Source: an uncultured Pseudobdellovibrionaceae bacterium | GTDB lineage: Bacteria > Bdellovibrionota > Bdellovibrionia > Bdellovibrionales > UBA1609 | NCBI GenBank assembly: GCA_963803705.1 | Contig: CAWDNU010000003.1 | Location: forward strand, 327,564-391,563 | Direction of reading: 5' to 3' | Length of the DNA: 64,000 nucleotides | Part shown: positions 47,783 through 58,031 of the stretch, piece after piece | Numbering within the stretch: the stretch's first letter is position 1 | Layout of the letters: each line of letters begins with the position of its first letter | Made by a program: the position numbers and the translations under genes | The notes under the pieces: generated by a model | Told to the model about the DNA's origin: nothing | The model's database searches: none | What the model saw: only the letters and a program-made list of their open reading frames with translations

Positions 47783-48337
47783 ATGAAATTATCGTTAACG
47801 GTTTTGGCTTTTATGTTTGCAGCTTCAAATGCCTTTGCCAATGGTGCAGTGACTTCATTAAGTGCTCGAGTAGCAACAGCTGCAAAGACTGCAAAAATTG
47901 GTAAAGTTTCTAAAGGCACTACGACTATAACAAAAAATATAAATTCCGCTGCTGCACTAGCTGCTAAACCTGAAGTGATTCGTCAAGCAGAAGAAGTGGT
48001 TGAGCAAATTGAACAAGCTGCCAAGGACAACGATGGTATTAATGGAATTTCAAAATCCGACAGATTCGAAGCACTTCAAATGGTGTATGTTATTCTAATC
48101 AATAATAATGGTCGAAATAAGGACCTTGAAAAAATTTCTACAGGTCAACTTTATTCGCGATTGGTTGCGCCTTCTTCTGAAGAGTTAGGGGCACAACAGT
48201 TTGCTAAATTTATCAATTTTTCTAAGCTTGTGTCTAATGGAACAGATCCTGAAGCTGCTTCTAGACAAGCTACAGGCGGCAGTCTAGCAGAGTTTGCAAA
48301 TAATTGTGGAGCCGTTGCTGCTTCATCTAGAAGATAG
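47783..48337 (+). CDS. secreted Ala-rich protein, unknown function
   Basis: RBS is caggag. The signal peptide is MKLSLTVLAFMFAASNAFA. No family was recognised. Confidence 0.5.
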   Translation: MKLSLTVLAFMFAASNAFANGAVTSLSARVATAAKTAKIGKVSKGTTTITKNINSAAALAAKPEVIRQAEEVVEQIEQAAKDNDGINGISKSDRFEALQMVYVILINNNGRNKDLEKISTGQLYSRLVAPSSEELGAQQFAKFINFSKLVSNGTDPEAASRQATGGSLAEFANNCGAVAASSRR

Positions 48338-48376
48338 AATAAGATTAAGTTTAGTTTATTACTGAAACAAAAAAAA

Positions 48377-48407
48377 ACCTAAGACTTTTTGATCTTAGGT
48401 TTTTTTT
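48377..48407 (+). terminator. rho-independent terminator (A-run / hairpin / T-run, potentially bidirectional)
   Basis: The stem is acctaaga / tcttaggt with an 8-nt loop, preceded by 7 A and followed by 7 T. Confidence 0.75.
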
Positions 48408-48657
48408 ATTTGGATGTTCTCTTGGCGGGAAGCCTTGAAGGCTTGTCTGAAAAAAAATCTAGAACAATTAACCAGCTGTAAAAAGTTTGGACAATCTATT
48501 AGAGTGCAAAAATGTTTTAAGGCACAGAATGCAGCTTTAACCCCTTGTAATGATTTAGCTTTTTACAGGAGACCAATTTAGATATTTGGTGTGTATATTG
48601 CATTTACACTTCTGAAGCGACTTTTATAAATGCTTTGCTTATTGGAGGGTTCAAGCG

Positions 48658-51600
48658 GTGAAATTTATCATTAAAATATTGCTTTCTTACTCTTTGATAT
48701 TAAGCCCAATGATACCACACTTTAGCTTTGCTGATGATGGTTTTAGCCGTCAAGATATGGCAAAAATGTTGATGTCACCAGTAGATATCTTTAATGAAAG
48801 TTATAAAAAGAATACTTTGTATATCAACGGTGAAGCTACAACCGGGCCAAGAGTTGTAAATGAGTATCGTCTTTTAGGCGAACCCACCAATGCAAAAGAT
48901 TTGAGCAAAGCATTAAGAGCCACCAATTTTTTATTTGAATTTTCTGGTGAACAGTTAAAATCTCATCCAGAGTTTCAAAAGTTGATTGAGACTTCTGACG
49001 GTCAAAAGAAATTAGAAAGATTGTTCAGGATGGCCCAAGATAGTCTAAAGGTTGTAACCGGTAACCCAGCAGTCACTTATCAAGATGTTTACACCGAAAC
49101 TTTAAAGCAAGTTAATCAAGATCGAAATTTTAGGATTGACGAAAATAATTCAGTAACTCGCAAACAACAGACTGAAAAAAGAGACGCGGAAGTCATAAGA
49201 CGAATGCAAAGCCTTGACAGCTTTGCTAATCGATACATGGAAGTGGTGGGTAGGGTCTCGCAACTTTCACAATTTAGTTACGACAACAGCACACCTGACA
49301 AAGATATCAGACGAAATCTTGAGGTCTTAAGGCGAATGCATGATGATTTCACACCTGATGAAAGAAAAAGGGCTCAGGAGCGCTTTAAAGAAGCGCAAAG
49401 AAAAATGTCAGATCATGACTTCAGAAAAAATTATGACCTTCGAAACGGATTGTCCACCGTCAGAGTTCCAACCTGGAAGGCAAATTTTAGTCTAAAAAAT
49501 CTTTATCAGAATTTGAAAGGAAGGATAGTATTACCAGTCGAAAGCCCGTTTGGAACTAAAGAGTATTCTCACTGGCCGGCTTCAGCTGCAGGCTTAGAGC
49601 CTGTTAAAGGTAGTAACTTCATGGACAAGTTAAAGTCCGGGACAATTCAGACCTCTCACATCGGCTTAGCATTGATGGTTGTTATCTTTGCTTCATCCGA
49701 GATCGCCATGATTAATAGTTATGAAAGTAATCCTAGACATTTTGAAGAGACACTAGAACAAACAATGTCTTGGGCTATGCCAGCTTCCATTGGTTCGTTT
49801 TTCGTTGGTGGTTGGGCTACAGATAAGAGTGCATCATTAGCAGCAGATGGTTTAAGAAGATTAAATGTAGCCAAACGTGCAAAGGCAAATTTAGTATCTT
49901 ATGTAGAAAATAAAAAGATGTTCGTTAACGACCCCGAGTTAGGCTCAAAGTTTGTTAAAGGAAATATGCAGACCATTAAAGCTTCAAGCTTTTTGGAGCG
50001 GGCAACAACATATAAGGGCTTAACTGGTGGTTTTCTAATCTCTCAATTTGTATATCGATACGTGAATCGGTTAGAGAGCTGTAGAAAAGTTCTAGGAGGT
50101 TTGGAAAGCGGCGAATACACAGCCTTTGAAAGAAATCGGCTTAGACAGGCTTGTGACCAAACTGTTGGTCAAATGATAAAAGAAATAGCTGAAAGCCCAG
50201 ACACCTGGATGCAGCTAACAGCACTTCTGTCCACCAAAGCCCTTCTGACTTTCGGAATGAATACTGCACAGATTTTAAAGTATGGCGTGGCCTCTAGCCC
50301 AACTTCTGCAAGAGCGCTGCAAGGAGCTTCGAAGTTTGTACCTTACCAGGTAAAGATTGTATCCAGAGGATTTTTTGCAAATCCCTGGGTTTCAACCATA
50401 GTTGGATTTGCCATATTTAGTGTGGTCTTTTGGGCGGCACTAGAAGCCATCGAGTGGGGCGCAGGGCGGATGACTTTACAAATGCCAGCGACCCAAGCGT
50501 CTAAGAATATAAGAGAACTTTTTAGGCTTTACGAATCTAGAGGCTGGGATATGCAAAAGCTTTGTGATGATCGAAATCTACTTCAAGGCGGTTTGTTAGA
50601 TCACTTAAAGCCTTTAATGTTCTGGAAAGACACAATAAAGTGTGGGGATGAATTAGTGCTAGCCTTTTTAAAACAGCATCAAGATGCTAATAAGGCTTGG
50701 AGAAGTAGTATTTCTGACCCTTTTTATGAATCAATCACCAGCTGGTTAGAATTTACATTTAGAGCTACCAACATGCATAAATCAGCTTACATGTTTTACA
50801 AGGACATTGCTGAACAGATAAAAGTTCAAAGAAACAGTGGACAGAAAATAGCTTTTATAAAAACAAAAAACAATAGGACCCACGCCTACGAATCTTTGGG
50901 ATACAGAAACACAAATTTATACAATCACCCTTTACCATTATTTAGATCCGAGCCCTATTTTGGCTGGGATTATAAGTTACGAAATGACGAAACCACACAG
51001 ATTGACTATCCAACCTACGATGGACAGACGGTAACGTGGTCAGAGCGGTACGCTAATCGCACCGGAGTTGATGATTTAACCCGAAGAAAAAATCATTTTA
51101 AAAACGAAGTTTTACCTGTGGCTGTTCGAAGGCTCGAATCTAGATTGAGAACTTTAGATACCTCAACTGAATACGGCCAAAACCAGAAAAAAGAAACAGA
51201 AAGTATTCTGAAATATCTTACTTTTGAAACAGACAATGGACGAGGAAACTTGGCTTTTATCGCTAAAGGACTCTACCGAATTGCAATGCAAGTAGAAAGT
51301 CAGAGTAATTTTTTTAGATGCGAAAAAGATGGGGACTGTTTCTGGACTGAATTTCAAAAAAACTTTTTAGATCAAAGCTTGTGGAAAACCAATGATACAT
51401 TTACCGCTTTGATATTACCTTCACTTATTGAAGTGTTGCAAAATTATAAGATTGGATTAGAGGCTACGCAAATTGGAATTAGCGGGGGTTTAAACGTTTC
51501 GAACCAACTTATTTCGAACATTGCTCGTAAAGAAATTGCTGACGTCGAAGAGATTATAGGATTATTGAATAGTAAAAATAGAAGACAAGATATTGACCCT

Positions 51601-53292
51601 CAAAGCGTTAATTTAGGAATCGAGTTTATTCATAAAAAAATAAAAGAGGTGCCAAGAAATTATAACTGTGACCCTAATGCAGTGGCTAAAACAGTAGTGA
51701 TTGAACCTGCTGATAAAATATGTCCAGAAGACGATCAAAAGACCTTTCCTGAAAGTCTTTTTACAAATGCTGGATACTCAGTTAGCAAAAACTTGTGTTT
51801 TTGGAAAGCCATAAAAAATAATTTGGTGGATCAAGGCCACTTAAATATGAAAGATCTGGGTCATACCCAATTTTTAAACAATCAAGAGTACTGGGCCGGT
51901 TACAAAACCACCGAGAACAAACCCTTCGGTGTAAAACCAATTGGTCCTGGCCAAGGTTACTTTTTAAGATATTTTGATAAATTTAAAAACAACGGAGTCG
52001 ACCCTTATTACTACGATCCAGCTTATGCCAGCATGACAGATTATTTACTTAAAGAAATGATATGTGGAGTTGATGTGGTAAGAGGCGAGCAGATGCTTCA
52101 AAAAACCTGGGCCGACAAACTAGTTTCTTGGATTCCGGGGGGATTCTTTGAATCGGCGCCAGACTTTATTAACAAACAAGTGTCTGCCGAGTTCAAAGCG
52201 CCACGTATTGCTTTAAATGAAAATAGTATGAATCCCTGCTTTGGAGACGAAACACACAATAGATGGCGTGCAATGGGGCCATCGGGAACATCTGCTTTTT
52301 ATAACTATATTGAAGACGTCAGTGATCCTAAGTTTAGTTACGGAGGAATCGTAGAATTTTTATATAAAGAAGCAGACGATTCCTTTGTTCAAGACTTTGA
52401 CGGGTGGTGGAATAAATACGTCGCCCCCCAATTTTCAATAGTGATAGATAAGCTTTACCACGATAGTTTCAATAACGACCTACTGGTGAAAAAACTTACT
52501 GAAATAGTTTCAACAGACAATACAAATTCAAACTGTGAAGAATTTTGTTTAGATTTTTCGTTTGAGCATAAAAATGGGGTTGCAGCTGCTGTAAAGCAAG
52601 AAATGGACACGTATTTTACGTATTTTTTTACTCCATTGTTAAAAGGTATACCCGTAGATCTAGAAAATTCTGAGCTAACTGATCCCAAAGAAGCCAGGTA
52701 TAAACTACAAACAGATTTTGCAAATATAAGATCAGAAATTTATGATATTTTTTATTACACATCTGGCCGGCAGTCTAAATTAAAATCTCCTGAGCTAGCA
52801 GCCCAGTACGCCGACACCTTTAAAGATATTCAAGCCGAGCTGACAGTTCAGAACCCTGAACTTGATCCAAACTATGACCTTATTAAGGTGAAAGCTTTAA
52901 GGGCACTGCTTGCGCAAAAGGATTATGAGCTTCGAATTCTTACTCGCACCGATGATATGCCGTACTTAAATAGAATTTATGGCACATCGATCGCCTTGCT
53001 AAATGAAATGTTGCATTTAACTGAATCAGAAAAAGCAGCGGTCAAATTTAATATAGACGAAAACTTTAAAACACTAACGGCTGAATTCGACAGCCGTGAA
53101 AATAGGGAAGGCAAAGTGATTTTAAAATATCAAGACTGGCCAGCAGATCAACCTGGCTCTTGCGAAGCTGACCAAGATAAACCAAGCCCAACCTTTGCAA
53201 TGGCATCATCACTTCAGCAACTAATGTTTGAAAGCATGGATGAGCTGTTAGAACTGCAAGCCCAAAAAGGTCTGGCTAAGATAACGCCTTAA
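48658..53292 (+). CDS. giant (1544 aa) secreted/membrane protein, unknown function
   Basis: It has a GTG start with RBS ggaggg (8-nt spacing) and an N-terminal signal-like segment. At least 5 hydrophobic helices lie between about aa 330 and 600. A long soluble C-terminal region follows. I saw no catalytic motif (no HExxH, no Walker A). Confidence 0.6.
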   Translation: MKFIIKILLSYSLILSPMIPHFSFADDGFSRQDMAKMLMSPVDIFNESYKKNTLYINGEATTGPRVVNEYRLLGEPTNAKDLSKALRATNFLFEFSGEQLKSHPEFQKLIETSDGQKKLERLFRMAQDSLKVVTGNPAVTYQDVYTETLKQVNQDRNFRIDENNSVTRKQQTEKRDAEVIRRMQSLDSFANRYMEVVGRVSQLSQFSYDNSTPDKDIRRNLEVLRRMHDDFTPDERKRAQERFKEAQRKMSDHDFRKNYDLRNGLSTVRVPTWKANFSLKNLYQNLKGRIVLPVESPFGTKEYSHWPASAAGLEPVKGSNFMDKLKSGTIQTSHIGLALMVVIFASSEIAMINSYESNPRHFEETLEQTMSWAMPASIGSFFVGGWATDKSASLAADGLRRLNVAKRAKANLVSYVENKKMFVNDPELGSKFVKGNMQTIKASSFLERATTYKGLTGGFLISQFVYRYVNRLESCRKVLGGLESGEYTAFERNRLRQACDQTVGQMIKEIAESPDTWMQLTALLSTKALLTFGMNTAQILKYGVASSPTSARALQGASKFVPYQVKIVSRGFFANPWVSTIVGFAIFSVVFWAALEAIEWGAGRMTLQMPATQASKNIRELFRLYESRGWDMQKLCDDRNLLQGGLLDHLKPLMFWKDTIKCGDELVLAFLKQHQDANKAWRSSISDPFYESITSWLEFTFRATNMHKSAYMFYKDIAEQIKVQRNSGQKIAFIKTKNNRTHAYESLGYRNTNLYNHPLPLFRSEPYFGWDYKLRNDETTQIDYPTYDGQTVTWSERYANRTGVDDLTRRKNHFKNEVLPVAVRRLESRLRTLDTSTEYGQNQKKETESILKYLTFETDNGRGNLAFIAKGLYRIAMQVESQSNFFRCEKDGDCFWTEFQKNFLDQSLWKTNDTFTALILPSLIEVLQNYKIGLEATQIGISGGLNVSNQLISNIARKEIADVEEIIGLLNSKNRRQDIDPQSVNLGIEFIHKKIKEVPRNYNCDPNAVAKTVVIEPADKICPEDDQKTFPESLFTNAGYSVSKNLCFWKAIKNNLVDQGHLNMKDLGHTQFLNNQEYWAGYKTTENKPFGVKPIGPGQGYFLRYFDKFKNNGVDPYYYDPAYASMTDYLLKEMICGVDVVRGEQMLQKTWADKLVSWIPGGFFESAPDFINKQVSAEFKAPRIALNENSMNPCFGDETHNRWRAMGPSGTSAFYNYIEDVSDPKFSYGGIVEFLYKEADDSFVQDFDGWWNKYVAPQFSIVIDKLYHDSFNNDLLVKKLTEIVSTDNTNSNCEEFCLDFSFEHKNGVAAAVKQEMDTYFTYFFTPLLKGIPVDLENSELTDPKEARYKLQTDFANIRSEIYDIFYYTSGRQSKLKSPELAAQYADTFKDIQAELTVQNPELDPNYDLIKVKALRALLAQKDYELRILTRTDDMPYLNRIYGTSIALLNEMLHLTESEKAAVKFNIDENFKTLTAEFDSRENREGKVILKYQDWPADQPGSCEADQDKPSPTFAMASSLQQLMFESMDELLELQAQKGLAKITP

Positions 53293-53383
53293 TTTCTACA
53301 AGTGACAATTTTCGCCTGTGTCATTGAAAATATGACAGGCTGAGATGGCACAATACTTGATACATAGTCCTTGGAGGGTTTGT

Positions 53384-54301
53384 ATGAAAACTTCACAAAT
53401 TTTAATTTTTGTAATTGGAGTCACGATGCTTTCAGCATGTGGTAACGACAGCTCGGGATCGGGTGGACAAAATTACACCGGAAGTAAGGCCGATATCAAT
53501 TTGGCAAAGAACTTGGTTAGAGATTATTCAGACAGTGGTATTTTCTTTGAAAAAGGCTGGGTTTCTGATGATAAAGTCTTAGATAACATTATCGAGGCAG
53601 AAACTTTTGCAGGTTATGCTCAAGGATACCAGGACGTACCAGATTCTTTTTATGCGATGAGACACGTGGGCTGTATAACAGCTGATGGTAAAGAGCTACT
53701 TACTGAGCAAGATAAACATACCCAGATGGACGTTGTGATCGGCGAGAGTTCAACAAGAGCCACATACATTCAACAAAACAGGCAAAGTAGATGCTACTTG
53801 GGTCAGGCAAATTGGGGTCATAACATCAGTATATTCGGGATTCCTATAGACTCAAATCAAAGAAAGAAAGGCATTTTTGGCCTTCCTTCAGATATTTGCC
53901 AGGGTTATGAAGTTAGTAAAGCCTTCATTCGGATTGATAAAAATAGGTACAAAAAAAATAATAATAAAAGACGCGACAATCGAACTAAAAATGATCCTTA
54001 CTACTACAATGCAAGCTATAGGGGTGACTCGAACAGATGGCATCCAGACAGGGATCTGTATTATGATGTTCGAAACAATAGGCACTCCACCTACGGAAGC
54101 TTCAACACCTCTGGTGAAGCCGAAGCCGATTCATTTGGTAAAATAGCCTCTGGAGAAGCGGTGTTTGTTTCTAGAACACTTAGATCTTCATCGACTAATC
54201 CAAGCTGTGATAAGGATGTATACTGGGGGTTTAAAATTAATCCTCAAAATCCCCCACGGATTCAAATTCTAGGACGTAATCGCAGCTACTCTGACATCTA
54301 G
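53384..54301 (+). CDS. lipoprotein with Asn/Arg/Tyr/Asp-rich low-complexity segment
   Basis: RBS ggaggg lies 5 nt upstream of the ATG at 53384. The lipobox is MLSACG. The low-complexity segment is KNNNKRRDNRTKNDPYYYNASYRGDSNRWHPDRDLYYDVRNNRH. Confidence 0.5.
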   Translation: MKTSQILIFVIGVTMLSACGNDSSGSGGQNYTGSKADINLAKNLVRDYSDSGIFFEKGWVSDDKVLDNIIEAETFAGYAQGYQDVPDSFYAMRHVGCITADGKELLTEQDKHTQMDVVIGESSTRATYIQQNRQSRCYLGQANWGHNISIFGIPIDSNQRKKGIFGLPSDICQGYEVSKAFIRIDKNRYKKNNNKRRDNRTKNDPYYYNASYRGDSNRWHPDRDLYYDVRNNRHSTYGSFNTSGEAEADSFGKIASGEAVFVSRTLRSSSTNPSCDKDVYWGFKINPQNPPRIQILGRNRSYSDI

Positions 54302-54535
54302 CCCAGCTTATAACTAAATTAAAAATTTGGTTCTAAGCTTGATTGCTGCTCCTATTAACAATTTCAGATATTAACCGAATTGAAACCACTTAGCCCTTTT
54401 AGGGCTACAATTTAGTCTAAGAGTTTAGGCTAAGAATCTAGCCTAAGAATTTTCAAAATGCTTGAAATTATGGTTAAAAATACTATTTAATCTTATCAGC
54501 GGCCCGTGATATAAGTTTTAAAGAGGAATTAATTT

Positions 54536-55504
54536 ATGGTTTTATACTTTGGACTTGGCTTGTTCTTTGTCTTCGTAGCCACTTCGATTAGCTACGTTTA
54601 CGCCTATAGAGGTCATGAAAGGTTTGCTAGTTTTGACGAGTATGTGCGAAAAGGCTGGCCAATTTTTACCCCTCTGAATTGCATTCTATATATTTTTACT
54701 CAAAGTCGGGCTAAAAAAGCCATTATTTCTGTTGAAGATTTCCCCGAACTTAAAGTGATCCAAGACCAGTGGAAGCTTATTTCCGAAGAGGCTCAAGGTT
54801 TACTTGAAAAAGGATATTTTGATCACACAAAAAACCCGGAAAACAATGCTTATTATGATATTGGCTTCAGAACTTTCTATAAATACGGTTGGAGCAAGTT
54901 TTATTTAAAGTGGTACGGGTACACACATAATTCTGCACTTGAACATTGCCCTAAAACCGTCGAAGTTTTAAAATCAGTTAAAAGTGTAAATGGTGCAATG
55001 TTTTCTTATTTGCCAGTGGGCTCACAGCTAACAAGGCATTTAGACCCAGTTGCATGCTCGCTTAGATACCATTTAGGTTTAAAAACTCCAGAATCGGATA
55101 GCTGTTTTATAAACGTGGATGGGCAAAATTATTCTTGGCGAGACGGTGAAGGCTTTATTTTTGACGAAACCTATCTACATTTTGCAAAGAACAACTCTGA
55201 AAAGCCAAGGCTTATACTTATGTGCGACGTCGAGCGACCAATGTTTCTAATTGGACCGCTGATAAATTTGATCTATAAGGTCGCCATGAGAATGTCGATT
55301 GTTCCTAATACAGCTGAAGACAAACGGGGCATCGCAAATAAAGTTTTTTCAAATTTGGCGCCATTTCTTAAATATACAAAAAGTTTAAAGCAAACTAGTC
55401 CAAGGTCTTATAAGCTAATTAAACACTCAGTAAATTTTATATTACTTTTAGTCCTAGTTGGTTTGATCTCGTTAATCTTATACGGTTTGAGCCACTTAAT
55501 ATAG
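54536..55504 (+). CDS. aspartyl/asparaginyl beta-hydroxylase family protein (LpxO-like lipid A hydroxylase candidate)
   Basis: It has N- and C-terminal TM segments. Motifs are FYLKWYGYTHNSALEHCPKT, AMFSYLPVGSQLTRHLDP, LRYHLGL and FIFDETYLHFAKN. Confidence 0.7.
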   Translation: MVLYFGLGLFFVFVATSISYVYAYRGHERFASFDEYVRKGWPIFTPLNCILYIFTQSRAKKAIISVEDFPELKVIQDQWKLISEEAQGLLEKGYFDHTKNPENNAYYDIGFRTFYKYGWSKFYLKWYGYTHNSALEHCPKTVEVLKSVKSVNGAMFSYLPVGSQLTRHLDPVACSLRYHLGLKTPESDSCFINVDGQNYSWRDGEGFIFDETYLHFAKNNSEKPRLILMCDVERPMFLIGPLINLIYKVAMRMSIVPNTAEDKRGIANKVFSNLAPFLKYTKSLKQTSPRSYKLIKHSVNFILLLVLVGLISLILYGLSHLI

Positions 55505-55720
55505 ATTCACTTAGATATAGTGTCAGACTGAATATAAGCCGTTACAAATTAAAATTCTTAGCTTTGTGTAACATAAGAAAAATTATAAGAAACTATTGAT
55601 TATTCTCCTCCTGGGCTGACTTCATTCAGTTAGAATCTCTCCTAACGGCTAAATCTCTGTCCAAAGATAGTAAATGCATGGCGATATGTGTAAAATTATA
55701 GTCAGTAGAATTCGATATGG

Positions 55721-57052
55721 GTGGCTATGCATTTAAAATCATGTATGCGCTTAGTGGCGCTATGCTTTTTGTACTTAATTGCTTCTGGAGCTAATGCCCA
55801 AGGCTGCAAAAATGTTTCGGAAATAATATGGTCAGACGAGCTGTTATATTACTATTTTAAAACACCGGGCATAAAAGTTATCCCATTTCCAAGCAGCCTT
55901 TGTGACTTTAAAAGCCAAATTATTTTCAAAAACATCAAAGGCAAAACTGTCGGAAAGTTTGAAATCAACACTAGGGAAAGACATCGGTACGATGATCTAA
56001 GAGCAAACTCAAAAAGAACTCCTGAGATTGTTAAGCGTTACCACAATTCATTAATTAAAGAGATCAAACCCACTGTCCTTGCCGATATAATATTTAAAGC
56101 ATTAGGTTTTAATTTTTTGGATGACTTCAATAATAAAATCCAATTTGTCAGTGGGCGGTTTACCGGTAATCGTAGAAAATTAACTTGGAACCCCTACTCT
56201 ATGCCTAAAAAACACTGGAACGCAGTAAATATTACTTATAAACAGCTAATACAGTTCTACGCTAAACCTAACGTGAAATTTATGTATCTGGAAGATGATG
56301 AGTCCTACTTGTTTCCTAAGGTACAAAAAGTGGATCATAACCTTTCAAATATTCTGAAATTTGAAATTCCTGACTATATGTTTCTTAATTTTATGACTAA
56401 ATCAAGATCAGATGAGGAAGTCGTTTTGTTTTCTAGCCATAAGAATGCTATTCGAGCTTATAATTACTTGACCCTTTTGTCTTTTAAAAACAAAAGAAAA
56501 GTCTTTTGGTTCTCTGATGCGGATTCAAAGTGGATAAAGTTTAAATTCAAAAACCAAGCTGATCGATTTAAAGACATAGAAATAATTTCTGGTAAAGCAG
56601 TCATTGACCTTATAAATTCTGAAAAGAAATTTGAAATTGTGGATATAGGTCGTAAGGACTACTTCAAACAGTTAAACTTCAAAAAGACAAGACCAACATC
56701 TATTTTAGACCCAGAACCGGCTAGTTACAAAAGGTATATTATAGAAACTAGAGGTAAAAAGAGTTTCTACAGTTTACCGCTTAGGCGGCAGCAATTTGGC
56801 GATTATATTCTTGTAGATCTTTATAAAATTGAAAAGTCCGTTCCTATTATCCTTGTGGGCAATCACATGTTGGACGCTGACAAAACACTACGTATTCACA
56901 AGCTAATTCGCCGTGAAGGTCACACTAAAATTTACATCTTAATGGAGCGGGTTGATCAAGTAAAACAACAATTGATCGATAACGATATGGATCCAACCAA
57001 ATACTTTAATGAAAGTAAGCCTACGCATTTAACCGTTCCAAACTTCAGGTAA
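55721..57052 (+). CDS. secreted protein, unknown function
   Basis: The signal peptide is LVALCFLYLIASGANAQG. The protein is Lys-rich and 443 aa long. No family was recognised. Confidence 0.45.
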   Translation: MAMHLKSCMRLVALCFLYLIASGANAQGCKNVSEIIWSDELLYYYFKTPGIKVIPFPSSLCDFKSQIIFKNIKGKTVGKFEINTRERHRYDDLRANSKRTPEIVKRYHNSLIKEIKPTVLADIIFKALGFNFLDDFNNKIQFVSGRFTGNRRKLTWNPYSMPKKHWNAVNITYKQLIQFYAKPNVKFMYLEDDESYLFPKVQKVDHNLSNILKFEIPDYMFLNFMTKSRSDEEVVLFSSHKNAIRAYNYLTLLSFKNKRKVFWFSDADSKWIKFKFKNQADRFKDIEIISGKAVIDLINSEKKFEIVDIGRKDYFKQLNFKKTRPTSILDPEPASYKRYIIETRGKKSFYSLPLRRQQFGDYILVDLYKIEKSVPIILVGNHMLDADKTLRIHKLIRREGHTKIYILMERVDQVKQQLIDNDMDPTKYFNESKPTHLTVPNFR

Positions 57053-57135
57053 ATAATTACGGACACCAGAGACTATTTTCTGAAGCCTGGGTCATATTGG
57101 AGGTTTTACGTTGAACTAGTAGCTACAACGCAATA

Positions 57136-57660
57136 CTAATATATTAATAATGATTCTGATTTAAACTGTAGTTTAGAGCTTCCTTTCAAAAAACCAAGTT
57201 CAATGAAAAACAAGCTAGTGATATTTTCAAGTTTAAATTTAAGGCATAATGACTCTACAGCTGAAGCTGTGCCGCCAGTTGCAAGAACATCATCAATGAT
57301 AACAACACGATCACTGGCCTCTAAACTTGATTGATGGATAAAAAGTTCGTCTTCACCATACTCCAGGGAATATTTCTGAGAAAAAGTTTGTCTAGGTAAT
57401 TTGCCCTTCTTTCTAACCAGACAGAACGGAATTTTTGTTTGAACGGATATAGCTGCCGCCAAAACAAATCCCCTAGACTCGACAGCTACCAGTTTTGTTG
57501 TGTTACCGGGAATTCTTGCGGACATTAAATCTATTAATTTCTTAAATGCTCTACCATCTTCAAACACCGGAGTAATGTCCTTAAAACTGACACCTGCCTT
57601 TGGAAAATCTTCTACGTTCAAGACTAATGTTTTAATATCTTCAATGTTTAAAAGTCCCAC
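57136..57660 (-). CDS. apt: adenine phosphoribosyltransferase
   Basis: Motifs are FPKAGVSFKDITP and the PRPP-binding loop VVIIDDVLATGGTA. It has a GTG start. Confidence 0.95.
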   Translation of the reverse strand: MGLLNIEDIKTLVLNVEDFPKAGVSFKDITPVFEDGRAFKKLIDLMSARIPGNTTKLVAVESRGFVLAAAISVQTKIPFCLVRKKGKLPRQTFSQKYSLEYGEDELFIHQSSLEASDRVVIIDDVLATGGTASAVESLCLKFKLENITSLFFIELGFLKGSSKLQFKSESLLIY

Positions 57661-58031
57661 TGTTGATATCCCCTACTGGTAACTTTATTCAGATCAGTTT
57701 TTTTTATTAAAAACATATTCGCCAGACCAGTGAATGCTCCACAAGCTTGAATTCTCATTAGACCATCATACTGTTTTTTACTTTCAAAAACATCTACGCC
57801 CATTTTATCAAAATCCTTTTGCATTTTTGTAAGCTCCACACCCTTATTTACACCGCACTGTTTGGATTGATCATACTTATAAACCCATACTCTATCAGTG
57901 ATCTTTTTGTTTTTATCTAATGGGTCTGGACAGTGCCCATGTGTACAAGCATTAAGAGAAAGCAAAGATAAGAGGATAATAATTACTTTGGATCTAAGAT
58001 TACAAAAAAAATTAAAACCAGTCACACTCAC
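57648..58031 (-). CDS. small lipoprotein, unknown function
   Basis: The lipobox is LSLNAC. Length is 127 aa. It is translationally coupled to its neighbours by 4-nt and 13-nt overlaps. Confidence 0.4.
   Translation of the reverse strand: MSVTGFNFFCNLRSKVIIILLSLLSLNACTHGHCPDPLDKNKKITDRVWVYKYDQSKQCGVNKGVELTKMQKDFDKMGVDVFESKKQYDGLMRIQACGAFTGLANMFLIKKTDLNKVTSRGYQQWDF

Noticed and set aside
53346-53361. TGGCAC-N5-TTGA, a sigma-54-like motif upstream of the lipoprotein gene
   Set aside because: The invariant -12 GC is GA here. The predicted TSS would fall on or inside the RBS (53373-53378), which is too close to be functional.
53877-54146. ORFs 53877..54146 (+) and 53888..54085 (-) inside the lipoprotein gene
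   Set aside because: They are alternative frames of an AT-rich, low-complexity coding segment. The lipoprotein frame has an RBS, a lipobox and a much longer open frame.
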